Shown piece after piece: positions 46,086 to 54,973 of a stretch of 64,000 nucleotides of DNA. Position 1 is the stretch's first letter; every line of letters begins with the position of its first letter. Origin of the DNA: a virus (Duplodnaviria; Caudoviricetes). The translations under genes were made by a program, and so were the position numbers. The stretch lies in the IMG/VR virus record IMGVR_UViG_3300034073_003276; one strand, given 5' to 3'. The notes under the pieces were generated by a model that was not told where the DNA came from, searched no databases, and saw nothing but the letters and a program-made list of their open reading frames with translations.

Positions 46086-46796
46086 TTATACCACATACTT
46101 CCAAACATATCCTTTATGTTTTTTCCTTTTATTTTGACAAACTAAAGTTATTTTGGAAGTTGAGGCGTTATTTTTTTCTGCGGCAATGGTCATACTATCA
46201 TAAACTTCAATTAAATTTCCATTAGTATCATATTTTCCTATTTTTTTAATTTTATGAGAGGTTCTTTTATATGAAGATATTTTTGATAGTGGTTGATTTT
46301 CAAAAGTTTTCCATTGAAACCCACCACAAGTTTGATATTCTCCTCTTATCACGGCACCAATGCCTTTACAATCTTTACCAAAAACATCATAAGAAGCATC
46401 TCTACAACTTTCATAAACATTGACTAGATTTCCATCCAAATCATAACAAGCAACTTTTTTAGAATTGCTTTGTTTAATTGCTTGTTTCCATCTATCCCCG
46501 TGCTTTTTATTGAGAAATCCACCACCGTCGCCTCCATTAGTCATATTATAATATGGTTTCAAAAGAGAGACATAATACATTTCTCTTTCATTTACTTTAT
46601 TTTCAAAACACTCTTCTATAATTTCAAATACAAAATTTTCAACACCATACTTTCTCATAGCATAATATAATTTTGTATTTCTTACTTTTGAATGAGATTT
46701 ATGCTGTCTCCATCTTACTTTTGGTCTTTTGGATTTACCAATATAAATCTGCTCATTAAGAATATTTGTTATTTTGTAAATGTAGTGTGAAACCAT
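46086..46796 (-). CDS. GIY-YIG homing endonuclease with NUMOD1-like domains
   Basis: YIYKITN...YIGKS; YNMTNGGDG; two YD..GNL..VY.S repeats; TATAAATA at 46828-46821. Confidence 0.85.
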   Translation of the reverse strand: MVSHYIYKITNILNEQIYIGKSKRPKVRWRQHKSHSKVRNTKLYYAMRKYGVENFVFEIIEECFENKVNEREMYYVSLLKPYYNMTNGGDGGGFLNKKHGDRWKQAIKQSNSKKVACYDLDGNLVNVYESCRDASYDVFGKDCKGIGAVIRGEYQTCGGFQWKTFENQPLSKISSYKRTSHKIKKIGKYDTNGNLIEVYDSMTIAAEKNNASTSKITLVCQNKRKKHKGYVWKYVV

Positions 46797-46832
46797 AATA
46801 CGATAGTTTTACTCTACCAATATTTATATAAA

Positions 46833-47585
46833 TTAGGGACTCAAACGAGCACGATGTAGTCTCTTTTCTTCATAATACTTCCAAACATTTGGAGACCACT
46901 TTTGAAGTTCTGGAGCAATTGCGTCACAAAGTGCTTGAATCTCAATTTGAGCATCAAGTTTAGAACGAAGGTCCATAAAGTGAAGAACAGAACGAAGGTT
47001 AAATGAAACTACAAAGTTTTGCCGAATTGCCTGAGGAAGATAATCACGAATATGCTCTTCACACATACCTTGCTCATAATACTCAGCATACTCCTCACAC
47101 TCACTCAGAATGCGCTCTAACTTGCGTTGTCGGTTCTCTTCGGTCCATTCATACTTCTTACCCTTACGATTGGTGTAGAATCCCTCAGGACGCACATAGA
47201 AGACATCTTCGACATCAAGTTCACGCTTAGCAACCTTTACAACTCTCTTTCCAGTATATCGTTGCGACTGAACATCCCAAGAAGTGCCAATTCGATGAGT
47301 TCTTGCCTGAACGATTACATTATGAACAAAACCAGATACCGAAAAAGTAATTCCGGGATGCTCTAATGGACCCCAGTGACCTCTTTCATTTGCGAGTAGT
47401 TGCTCTACAATCCACTCACCACATTCCTGAGGACTGGGGACCTTAACTTCGTGAATTGGTACTTCGGAATAATCACCTTTTCCTGCCTGCCAAATAACTT
47501 GTTCCGGAATCGGATAACATTGAAGTCTAACAACTTCAAGTCTTTTATCAAGTTCAAGAAGGTCTTTTGCTTTAATAGGTTTCAT
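46833..47585 (-). CDS. thyX: flavin-dependent thymidylate synthase
   Basis: HWGPLEH, QARTHR.G.S.DVQSQRY, N.RS..HF.DLR. Confidence 0.92.
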   Translation of the reverse strand: MKPIKAKDLLELDKRLEVVRLQCYPIPEQVIWQAGKGDYSEVPIHEVKVPSPQECGEWIVEQLLANERGHWGPLEHPGITFSVSGFVHNVIVQARTHRIGTSWDVQSQRYTGKRVVKVAKRELDVEDVFYVRPEGFYTNRKGKKYEWTEENRQRKLERILSECEEYAEYYEQGMCEEHIRDYLPQAIRQNFVVSFNLRSVLHFMDLRSKLDAQIEIQALCDAIAPELQKWSPNVWKYYEEKRLHRARLSP

Positions 47586-47755
47586 TTCTTTCCAAATCCT
47601 TTTGATGTTTGTGCTTCTAACTCTTTAATTTGCTCTTTTACTGTACGAAGTTGTGCTTTCATTTCTTGAATTTTGTCATCAGTATAAAGATGATCTTGTT
47701 TGATTAATCTTTCAAGAAGTTTTACAAGTTGCTTTGCTCTTGATGTTTCAGTCAT
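47582..47755 (-). CDS. conserved cyanophage-type protein (57 aa, ends SKGFGKK)
   Basis: read manually; coupled to thyX. Confidence 0.65.
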   Translation of the reverse strand: MTETSRAKQLVKLLERLIKQDHLYTDDKIQEMKAQLRTVKEQIKELEAQTSKGFGKK

Positions 47756-47921
47756 CTAAGTCAGAATCCTCAAATATTTCGTCGTAATCTAAGATTGGTC
47801 TTTTTCTCACATCTGGTTCTGTATATGAGTAAGCAGAAACATCAGAATACACTTCTGCTTTTAGAGAATCAACCAACAGTTCAAGATTACGGACGATGAG
47901 TTTTAGTTTGTCTTTGTCCAT
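47748..47921 (-). CDS. conserved cyanophage-type protein (57 aa, MDKDKLKLIVRNLELLVDSLKAEVYSD)
   Basis: read manually. Confidence 0.65.
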   Translation of the reverse strand: MDKDKLKLIVRNLELLVDSLKAEVYSDVSAYSYTEPDVRKRPILDYDEIFEDSDLDD

Positions 47922-47950
47922 AAGATACCATTCTCTCTCAGAATTTTAGC

Positions 47951-47982
47951 ATAAAAAAAGGAGGGAATCAATCCCTCCTTTG
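47951..47982 (-). terminator. intrinsic terminator
   Basis: AAAGGAGGGA-TTGAT-TCCCTCCTTT followed by a T run on the minus strand. Confidence 0.8.
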
Positions 47983-47991
47983 AATTTTTTT

Positions 47992-48075
47992 TTACTTAGA
48001 CAACCACTGAATATACAATGAAAGTAAAGTAATAAATGCGACAGACGCAACTGAAATTTGTGCGATGATTAGCAT
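47992..48075 (-). CDS. 27 aa single-TM micropeptide
   Basis: MLIIAQISVASVAFITLLSLYIQWLSK; ATG overlaps the upstream TGA. Confidence 0.55.
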   Translation of the reverse strand: MLIIAQISVASVAFITLLSLYIQWLSK

Positions 48076-48170
48076 CACTTTGCTCCTGCGTTTGCTAGCA
48101 GTGCTTGGTGACGACGTTGCTCTTTTTGCTTTTGCTCTTTAATGAGTTGAAGCACATTGAGTTTTTTCAT
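48075..48170 (-). CDS. 31 aa basic micropeptide
   Basis: MKKLNVLQLIKEQKQKEQRRHQALLANAGAK; AAGGAGG RBS inside the upstream ORF. Confidence 0.6.
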   Translation of the reverse strand: MKKLNVLQLIKEQKQKEQRRHQALLANAGAK

Positions 48171-48307
48171 CACTTATGACCCTCCTTTACAAACTTAACA
48201 CCACGATAGGTTTCGTTGTATTGTTGGGGTTGTTGCATCATTTGCTGTTGATACTCAAGACGCTTTTGAGTATCATACTCTACGCCTCTGTATACGACTT
48301 TAGACAT
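48170..48307 (-). CDS. DUF4278-like 45 aa protein
   Basis: two YRGV motifs (VYRGVEY, TYRGVKF); strong RBS TAAGGAG. Confidence 0.75.
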   Translation of the reverse strand: MSKVVYRGVEYDTQKRLEYQQQMMQQPQQYNETYRGVKFVKEGHK

Positions 48308-48339
48308 TAGGTTTTCTCCTTAGTTTTTAAGTTAAAGAG

Positions 48340-48437
48340 CGTTCCTTCAGTCGGCGTTTGCGTCCGCTATTTGAGAATAGCGAATGAACGTTCCGTTCCG
48401 CGTCGGCTTACTTCCGTCTGGTTTTCCAGATGAACGT
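48340..48437 (-). ncRNA. tandem glutamine-riboswitch-like aptamers (glnA / Downstream-peptide family)
   Basis: unit 1 CGTTCA-TCTGG/CCAGA-CGGAAGTAAG-CCGAC-GCGGAACG; unit 2 CGTTCA-stem-CGCAAACG-CCGAC-TGAAGGAACG. Confidence 0.75.
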
Positions 48438-48443
48438 AAGGTC

Positions 48444-48472
48444 ATTATAGACCCTTTCATCGTATATATCAA
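48444..48472 (-). promoter_or_regulatory. sigma70-type promoter
   Basis: TTGATA-17 nt-TATAAT; predicted +1 at ~48437 coincides with the aptamer 5' end. Confidence 0.8.
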
Positions 48473-48480
48473 TCTTATTT

Positions 48481-48496
48481 TGTAACTTTTGTTACA
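48481..48496. promoter_or_regulatory. NtcA binding site
   Basis: TGTAACTTTTGTTACA is a perfect TGTA-N8-TACA palindrome 8 nt upstream of the -35 element. Confidence 0.7.
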
Positions 48497-48556
48497 ATTT
48501 TTAAAAATCTTAATAGTCAAAAAAATTGCCGGGATTTTTTCCCAGCATTTTTGAAA

Positions 48557-48925
48557 TCACTTTCGCTTTTTCTTTTGAGGTTTTTGATACCCCCATAACT
48601 TAGGATTAACTCTACCATACCCAAAGTCAATACTCTTTAGATTTTCACGAAACTTATCCCAATACATATCAAATAATTTAATTCTTCCACCACGAGTCAA
48701 GTCAAAACAAATCTTATCGTCAATCATATACTTGATAATATAAGCATCATTTGGAGCATCCTTAGTGCATACTTCAGCATAAGATCCATCCTGAATTAAA
48801 ATTTCACAACCATAACGTGCTTTACAGGTTTCTTTTTCTGCTGGTGTCCAAGAGTCCATATGCTTTTCTGTACTTTGTGCTCTTTCAATTACATCACGAA
48901 GTCTGCTCACGAACGTCCTCCCCAA
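48557..48925 (-). CDS. conserved cyanophage-type hypothetical protein (start uncertain)
   Basis: 122 aa; D..RG.R..LFDMYWD..GR..PKLW. Confidence 0.65.
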   Translation of the reverse strand: MGRTFVSRLRDVIERAQSTEKHMDSWTPAEKETCKARYGCEILIQDGSYAEVCTKDAPNDAYIIKYMIDDKICFDLTRGGRIKLFDMYWDKFRENLKSIDFGYGRVNPKLWGYQKPQKKKRK

Positions 48926-49512
48926 TGAATATCAGGATATGCTTCTGAAACAATTTGTTTTGTAATCTTATACTTAGTTTGAAGTTTTTTATCCTTTATG
49001 AGACAAACAATTTCTGCTTCAAGTGGATGAAGACCCTGAAGAAGATTGATAAACATAGTTTCTCTACGAATAGAACTTAGTCCATCATTTCCACCCTTAA
49101 TAAAGTTATAAAATTTTTGATACTCTTTGCGAATAGAAGAACGTCCCTGATCTTGAGATCCTAAAGAATTAGATCCAATTTCACCCATTTTCTCAACAGC
49201 GTCGGATATTTTTTCACTCAATGTTCCTTTAAATGAATCCATTTCATTTACCGCAGCGTACGGAACATCGCCAGGAGGAAGAATTGAAATTACACTTTCA
49301 TCAAAATTCCAAATAAAAATTGCTTTTAAAGAAGGATGCTCATACTTTCTGAGCACTTCAATTTTTTTAGAATTGGTTCTTTGCTTTGCAATCAAATTTA
49401 AAATTTCAAAGACAAAAGGATTTGCAGGAAGATCTTGGATTGGAGCAGCTGCTACTTTTGGTTTTGAAACTGATTTTTTAGTGGTCGTTTTTGATTTTGT
49501 TGTCGTTGTCAT
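48907..49512 (-). CDS. conserved T4-like/cyanophage hypothetical protein
   Basis: 201 aa; RRETMFINLL.GLHP.EAE. Confidence 0.7.
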   Translation of the reverse strand: MTTTTKSKTTTKKSVSKPKVAAAPIQDLPANPFVFEILNLIAKQRTNSKKIEVLRKYEHPSLKAIFIWNFDESVISILPPGDVPYAAVNEMDSFKGTLSEKISDAVEKMGEIGSNSLGSQDQGRSSIRKEYQKFYNFIKGGNDGLSSIRRETMFINLLQGLHPLEAEIVCLIKDKKLQTKYKITKQIVSEAYPDIHWGGRS

Positions 49513-49559
49513 AATTCTACAAAATGTTGAATACTGTTAGTGATATTTATTGTCTATTA

Positions 49560-49805
49560 CTATTCTTCTTCTATATCTTCCATTTCAAAGTCATCATCAA
49601 AATATCCTTGCTCAAATCTTACAGATACAATTTCTTCATCAATTAGGTCACCATCTTTATTATAAAATTCTGGATGATATGCGATTTGCTTTGGTCCTTC
49701 TTGATGAGTCATCATGTATTCTCTTGCAACCCAACCTATAGCAAGTCCCACTATAAGAAACAATATGGTTAGAAAGGAACCTAAAACTAAACTAACTGCT
49801 AACAT
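49560..49805 (-). CDS. small membrane protein
   Basis: N-terminal TM; HPE.Y..DG.L.DEE. Confidence 0.65.
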   Translation of the reverse strand: MLAVSLVLGSFLTILFLIVGLAIGWVAREYMMTHQEGPKQIAYHPEFYNKDGDLIDEEIVSVRFEQGYFDDDFEMEDIEEE

Positions 49806-50007
49806 TTCTTTTTCTCCGGGAAACTACTTTTTTCTTCCTTGACTTTAAGGAAAATTCAAAATAGATAGTTACTTCCCGATTCAGAAAGCAAACTATCTTC
49901 TCAAAAATGAGATGGAATGGTTGAGTCTGCTTTCGTTTACCTCCATTAAGAATAAAATCAACGCCACGATTTCTGTGGTCTGAGTTATTTATGTTAGTAT
50001 CAGACAA
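49792..50007 (-). CDS. hypothetical protein
   Basis: 71 aa, TTG start. Confidence 0.5.
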   Translation of the reverse strand: MSDTNINNSDHRNRGVDFILNGGKRKQTQPFHLIFEKIVCFLNREVTIYFEFSLKSRKKKVVSRRKRNVSS

Positions 50008-50236
50008 TTTGTTTTTCTTTCAAATATTTGACAGTATCACTACAACCACCAAGTTTTTTATCATCACAGATGACTTGAGGGAATGTGGACCCTTCACCAA
50101 ACTCAGAATAAAATTCATCTTTGGTGAAGTGTTCATCCAGATTATACACGACAAAGTTGCTTCCTGTCAACTCTAATACTTGTTTAACCTTATAACAATA
50201 AGGACAATTTTCTTTTGAATATACAGTAAAGTTCAT
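50000..50236 (-). CDS. nrdC: glutaredoxin
   Basis: CPYC, TFPQV, GG. Confidence 0.92.
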   Translation of the reverse strand: MNFTVYSKENCPYCYKVKQVLELTGSNFVVYNLDEHFTKDEFYSEFGEGSTFPQVICDDKKLGGCSDTVKYLKEKQIV

Positions 50237-50250
50237 AAGTTAAAAATTAA

Positions 50251-51030
50251 TTAAAATTTGTTTTCTTTATATATCTTCCATAAATTTAGCACATCATTAT
50301 AAGATTCGATATGAAATCCTTTTTGTCCACCAGAGACAAAGGTAGATTCTATGGAAATATTTTCAACAAACAGTGGAAAAGTGTAAGTTTTTCCAATCCC
50401 AGTAAAAACTATATTTTCTACTAAATTTGGTTGTTTGTGATACAATGGATCTGCAGAATAATTTTCATCATGATACCATACATTTGGAGTTTCATTGACA
50501 AGGTTTAAAATAAATTTATCTTCTTTAACATAAGAGTCTACCAATTTTTTAGCATATTCTCTTTTCATAATGTATGCGGTTGCTCCCCAAAAATCCCACA
50601 TCCTTTCTTTTAATTTCAATTCAGTTATATAAAAATGATCGGCAATAAGAAGCAATTGAACACATTCCCAATCTTCAGGCAATTTTTCTATAAATTCATC
50701 CCAATTAAAATTCCAATACTGAACTGTTTCTAGACTTAAATCATCTTCACAAAAAAATCCATAAGAGTCATCACATTCTTCAATCCATTTTTTTATAAGT
50801 TTAAGATGTGAAACGCCACATTCAATACCTCTCATAGAATAAACATCATCACTATAGAGATGTAAATATTCACCTTCTATATTTTCAGAATACTCTGGAT
50901 ATTTTTTCGATATTAAAAAATTTACATCATCAATTCCATAGTTTTCAAATTGTCCTACAAGAATATTTCTTCTAGTAATATCATTCTCCAAACTAACACA
51001 ATATACTTTTGGAAAATTTTTTAGTTTCAT
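50251..51030 (-). CDS. glycosyltransferase family 25-like protein
   Basis: YCVSL...RR, GVSHL..IK.W, FCEDD, GA.AYI. Confidence 0.75.
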   Translation of the reverse strand: MKLKNFPKVYCVSLENDITRRNILVGQFENYGIDDVNFLISKKYPEYSENIEGEYLHLYSDDVYSMRGIECGVSHLKLIKKWIEECDDSYGFFCEDDLSLETVQYWNFNWDEFIEKLPEDWECVQLLLIADHFYITELKLKERMWDFWGATAYIMKREYAKKLVDSYVKEDKFILNLVNETPNVWYHDENYSADPLYHKQPNLVENIVFTGIGKTYTFPLFVENISIESTFVSGGQKGFHIESYNDVLNLWKIYKENKF

Positions 51031-51035
51031 AGTGT

Positions 51036-52286
51036 TTAAGTATCAAAAAAGAACATCTGCCAAAGTCTGCCACTATTTTTATTACAACCAAAATATTCTG
51101 AAGCAGAATGAATGCAACTTCCATCAAATATTATGAGACGATTAAAAACATTTCCCATAACATCTACAGGTTCGAATGGAGTTTTGTCTAAATGTGTTGT
51201 GGTTTCATTTATAACTCCAGAAAAAGCATCGTCATAAGAGACTTCATAATAATCTCTACCTCTTGTTTTTTTATGTGCAAACAATGTTGTTCCACATTCA
51301 AAAGGAGCATCAGGTGTTAAGTATAGCACAGCACCCCATTTTTGACTATCCCAATGATAAACTAAGGGTTCTCCTGCCCAAGCAATTTGAAATTTACCAT
51401 TTTCACTATGTTCTTCCCATGCCGTAATTTTTCTTCCCATAATTTCTTCAAATTTTTCTTTTAATCCTGGAAACAAAAATTGTTGATATGTTCTCCTACC
51501 AATAAACCCCCTCCCTATTCCACCCTCAAAATAATCCTGTTGAAGAGCAAAATCACGAACAAAATAAGGATCATTATAAAAATTATCTACAGTCCATACT
51601 CTTAACTTTTGATTTAGACTTATAGAAAAATTTTCAACTCTAACTCTTTTAAAAAGAATAGAGGCATCAACATTTTTTACCATTTCGAATCCATAAGATT
51701 CGATTAATTTTATTGATTTTTTAGTATCTTCTGACCAATCTACATCATCAATAAAACAATAACCATTTAAAACTACCTTACTAGCATATTTGTTTATGTC
51801 TTTAAGAACTTGCACTGTGTGTTGACCATCAATATGGATAACACTTAAATTTTCTATTGCTGGAGCATCATCACTAGTAGATCTTATCAACTTTGTATAC
51901 TCATAAACACTTAGATCTTCTATCGCATTGCAACAGACATTTAACATATTTTCCAAATCAACCGTTCCCCAAAATTGTTGGTGACTTGGATGATCATATC
52001 CAGTTAAAGCATCTTGAGTATTCCATGGATCAATTCCATAGACAGTTCCCCTAGATAAAAATTTCAGTGTGAGAGAGAATGGAATTAAACTCTTTCCGCC
52101 AAAAACTCCAACTTCAAGACAATTTAACTCTTCCTGTTCTTCAGATAATTCAAGAATACATTTAATAATTTCTTGTGCCTTTTCTAAAGAACACCATCCC
52201 CAGAGATTATATTTTTGGTCATATTCCTGATAAATTTTTTCGACTTGTTTTAAAATTTCTTCAGAATAATTTTTATCTTCTCCCAT
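51036..52286 (-). CDS. class I SAM methyltransferase fused to a 2OG-Fe(II)-oxygenase-like domain
   Basis: LEVGVFGGKS, IHIDGQH; C-terminal VDNFYNDP..VR, H.D, NVFNRL.IFDG..HSA. Confidence 0.75.
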   Translation of the reverse strand: MGEDKNYSEEILKQVEKIYQEYDQKYNLWGWCSLEKAQEIIKCILELSEEQEELNCLEVGVFGGKSLIPFSLTLKFLSRGTVYGIDPWNTQDALTGYDHPSHQQFWGTVDLENMLNVCCNAIEDLSVYEYTKLIRSTSDDAPAIENLSVIHIDGQHTVQVLKDINKYASKVVLNGYCFIDDVDWSEDTKKSIKLIESYGFEMVKNVDASILFKRVRVENFSISLNQKLRVWTVDNFYNDPYFVRDFALQQDYFEGGIGRGFIGRRTYQQFLFPGLKEKFEEIMGRKITAWEEHSENGKFQIAWAGEPLVYHWDSQKWGAVLYLTPDAPFECGTTLFAHKKTRGRDYYEVSYDDAFSGVINETTTHLDKTPFEPVDVMGNVFNRLIIFDGSCIHSASEYFGCNKNSGRLWQMFFFDT

Positions 52287-52289
52287 AAA

Positions 52290-53612
52290 TTAAAATCCTA
52301 AATTTTTTTCTCTAATAAAATTCAAATCATAAGTAGTATACTTATTATCATAATTTTCCATATTAAATGGTTTTGAATATTTAAATTCTTTTCCCCATTT
52401 ATTAGTTAAATATACAGATTCATTAAGTATTCTAGAATTGTCTAATTTTTCTTTCAACTTCATATCCAATCTCCAAGTTTGAGATCCTGTAGTTGCATAA
52501 TCTTCTTCACCATGCAAATAATTTTCATCTAAAGATTTATACTTTATATTTTCATTCATAATTCGAATATGATAATCAACATCTTCTGCATATGCTGGAT
52601 ATAAATTTTCGTCAAATAATCCACATTTTTGAACTACCCAATCCTTAATTAAAAATAAATCATACATACCTCCACCCCAATCGGATTTTTTAGCATGTAT
52701 CATTCCATATTCAGGATTTAAAGATTCTTGATAGAATTTTTTTAATAATCCAGGACTAAATTCAACATCGTTACTTACAAGCATCCAGTATGGTTCCATC
52801 ATATAAGATTTAATAATTAAATTCCATCCACCTCCACATCCAAAATTAGAAGGCATATGACTAACATGAAAATTTTTTATGAATGGGTGTCCAGAGTTGC
52901 ATATCTCATTTAATTCTTCAGTAATCTCACCTTTTCCATTATTGTTTACAATAAAAAAGTTTTTAACAGGGTAATCGACACTATCAATTAATCTTTTTAA
53001 CCAGTGCACGCCATTTACGATCGGAACGCCAATTACAGGAATTATTCCCCTTTCAATTTTTAAATTATCCATATTAGCATCAACTGCGTCTTTATGACTT
53101 TGATCCATTACATCCCAGTAATTATGATATAAGTCTAAAAACAATTGCCTAGATTGCTCTCCTTTACCCCACCAATAAGAAGATACTGCCTTTTCAAATA
53201 TCAACCCATATTTTCCAGGATACTCCAAATGATCATTTAATGGAGAAAGATCGAAATCACATATTTCTAAAGACAAAGATGATAACATATAAGCAGTGTC
53301 AAATTGTCTTCTTCTCTCTTCAAATCTTGAAAAAAGAAAGTATGCTTCAGGTCTTTTTGGAAGAACTGAAATCGCATGTTTATATAATCCTCTAACAGCA
53401 TCTTCTCTTTTTCCTTGCCTATCAAAACATTCTGCCGCATGTAATAGGCATTCGTATGATAAATTTAAGTCTTCGCTTCTATCAGCGGCACGAATAAAAA
53501 ATGAAACTGCAGATGCTGTTTGATTTATTTTTTTATATTCTAATGCAAGATTAAAATTATTTTTAGGATCTTCAACATTTTGAATATATTCTTGTAATCT
53601 TTCAAGAAGCAT
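52290..53612 (-). CDS. TPR plus glycosyltransferase family 2 fusion
   Basis: TPR-like N-terminus; IGVPIVN, NFGCGGGWN, SNDV, GLFDEN.YPAY.ED.DY. Confidence 0.75.
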   Translation of the reverse strand: MLLERLQEYIQNVEDPKNNFNLALEYKKINQTASAVSFFIRAADRSEDLNLSYECLLHAAECFDRQGKREDAVRGLYKHAISVLPKRPEAYFLFSRFEERRRQFDTAYMLSSLSLEICDFDLSPLNDHLEYPGKYGLIFEKAVSSYWWGKGEQSRQLFLDLYHNYWDVMDQSHKDAVDANMDNLKIERGIIPVIGVPIVNGVHWLKRLIDSVDYPVKNFFIVNNNGKGEITEELNEICNSGHPFIKNFHVSHMPSNFGCGGGWNLIIKSYMMEPYWMLVSNDVEFSPGLLKKFYQESLNPEYGMIHAKKSDWGGGMYDLFLIKDWVVQKCGLFDENLYPAYAEDVDYHIRIMNENIKYKSLDENYLHGEEDYATTGSQTWRLDMKLKEKLDNSRILNESVYLTNKWGKEFKYSKPFNMENYDNKYTTYDLNFIREKNLGF

Positions 53613-54579
53613 GGATATAATCCTCTAAAAATTTTTCAGTAACTTTTAACAAATAAGCACAGTTATCCTGAAATCCAAAAGTAATTAAATAACTGTCACG
53701 ATATTTAGACATTCCACAAACAAATTCTATTTTTGCTCCCATAAAATCAAATTCTTCAGTTATCTTTTTTATATTCCATTCCTTATCCCAAATTACAAAT
53801 CTATGTCGATAAGTCCCATTCTTTCTTCCTGCCTCACTATCATAAAAATAGACTTCGTGAGTAATCGTAATGTATCCATCCTTATATGGAATAACCTGAG
53901 AACCACCTCTTAAATCTCTAGGTAATTCAATACGCTGATTACTACTAAAAACTACATCACATTCATTTGTGTAAGGATTGTATTTAACAATTTCTGTAGG
54001 ATTTACCCACTTTACAAAATGATAAGGAATATTAGAGATAGGCATCCAATTTTTTTCACAATATGAATCTAGGTTATTGGGCATTGGAATTCTAAATCTT
54101 TGTGTTTCCACAACTTTATTATCAATGGTTTGCAATTCACTCAATTCCATTCTACCAACGCCGTTGGTAGTTGTATCTCTACGAACTCCGCACAAATAAA
54201 ATTTATTGTCCCATTTTACTATACGACCGTCTTCTAATCCTACAAATTCCCATAAAGGTTTTTGATCTAATTTTCCAGTGTCTACTTGAGAAAATCCAAT
54301 TGCATTGAAATTAGAATCTAACTCACAAAAATAATTGGTTGTGGTTAATGTTAAATCATCTTCTGGATTCAAATACAGTAAAGGACCCCATTGATGCTCA
54401 TAGTTGCTCAATTCAGAATGATATAATGTATACTGACAGTGCCTTATATTCACATATATTTTATTCCCATCCACAAAAACTGAGGGATTAAAAAGACCTG
54501 TACCATTCGTTAATTCTGAAGGAATTATAAGAGGATGGATTGAACCTCTATTTTCTGAGGCAAGTTTTACAAAGTTCAT
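53602..54579 (-). CDS. five-bladed beta-propeller glycosidase/phosphorylase-like protein (GH130/GH32 clan)
   Basis: FNPSV, GLEDGR, EKNW.P, RGGSQ, IEFVCG. Confidence 0.65.
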   Translation of the reverse strand: MNFVKLASENRGSIHPLIIPSELTNGTGLFNPSVFVDGNKIYVNIRHCQYTLYHSELSNYEHQWGPLLYLNPEDDLTLTTTNYFCELDSNFNAIGFSQVDTGKLDQKPLWEFVGLEDGRIVKWDNKFYLCGVRRDTTTNGVGRMELSELQTIDNKVVETQRFRIPMPNNLDSYCEKNWMPISNIPYHFVKWVNPTEIVKYNPYTNECDVVFSSNQRIELPRDLRGGSQVIPYKDGYITITHEVYFYDSEAGRKNGTYRHRFVIWDKEWNIKKITEEFDFMGAKIEFVCGMSKYRDSYLITFGFQDNCAYLLKVTEKFLEDYIHAS

Positions 54580-54616
54580 AAAAACATAATAAGTTATTGA
54601 ATATATTTATTTACCA

Positions 54617-54973
54617 CTAGTATAACTTAATTTCTTTAAATACGGAATTGCACATCTCATTAATTTCTCTTTTAATTCTTGCTCTCTCATCATTAGTAAT
54701 GTAAACACTACGAGCAAGTTTAATAAACTCTTCGTCAAATTTTTGTTCCTTCTCTAACTTTCTCAACCTATCTTCAATCTTCCAAAGTTTTTCATTCACT
54801 TTTTTAAGTTTAATTTCATACTCTAAAGTATATTGAGTTAGAGTACTCTTAATTGAATTTAATTGTTCCAACTCTTTTATAACATATTCATTATCGGTGA
54901 ACATAGATTTAATTTCTAAAATTGAAATCTTATCTAATAATTCACCGACTGATACTGGAATTTCAATCTTCAT
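54617..54973 (-). CDS. DUF6165-like protein
   Basis: PVS.GEL.DKISILEIK; LW.IED..R; ARSVY..ND.RA.IK..IN. Confidence 0.7.
   Translation of the reverse strand: MKIEIPVSVGELLDKISILEIKSMFTDNEYVIKELEQLNSIKSTLTQYTLEYEIKLKKVNEKLWKIEDRLRKLEKEQKFDEEFIKLARSVYITNDERARIKREINEMCNSVFKEIKLY

Noticed and set aside
46086-47585. Group I intron in the thymidylate synthase gene, as in T4 td
   Set aside because: thyX is uninterrupted and the GIY-YIG gene is free-standing downstream. It has a TATAAATA promoter but lacks the arm/terminator module seen at the other three GIY-YIG genes.
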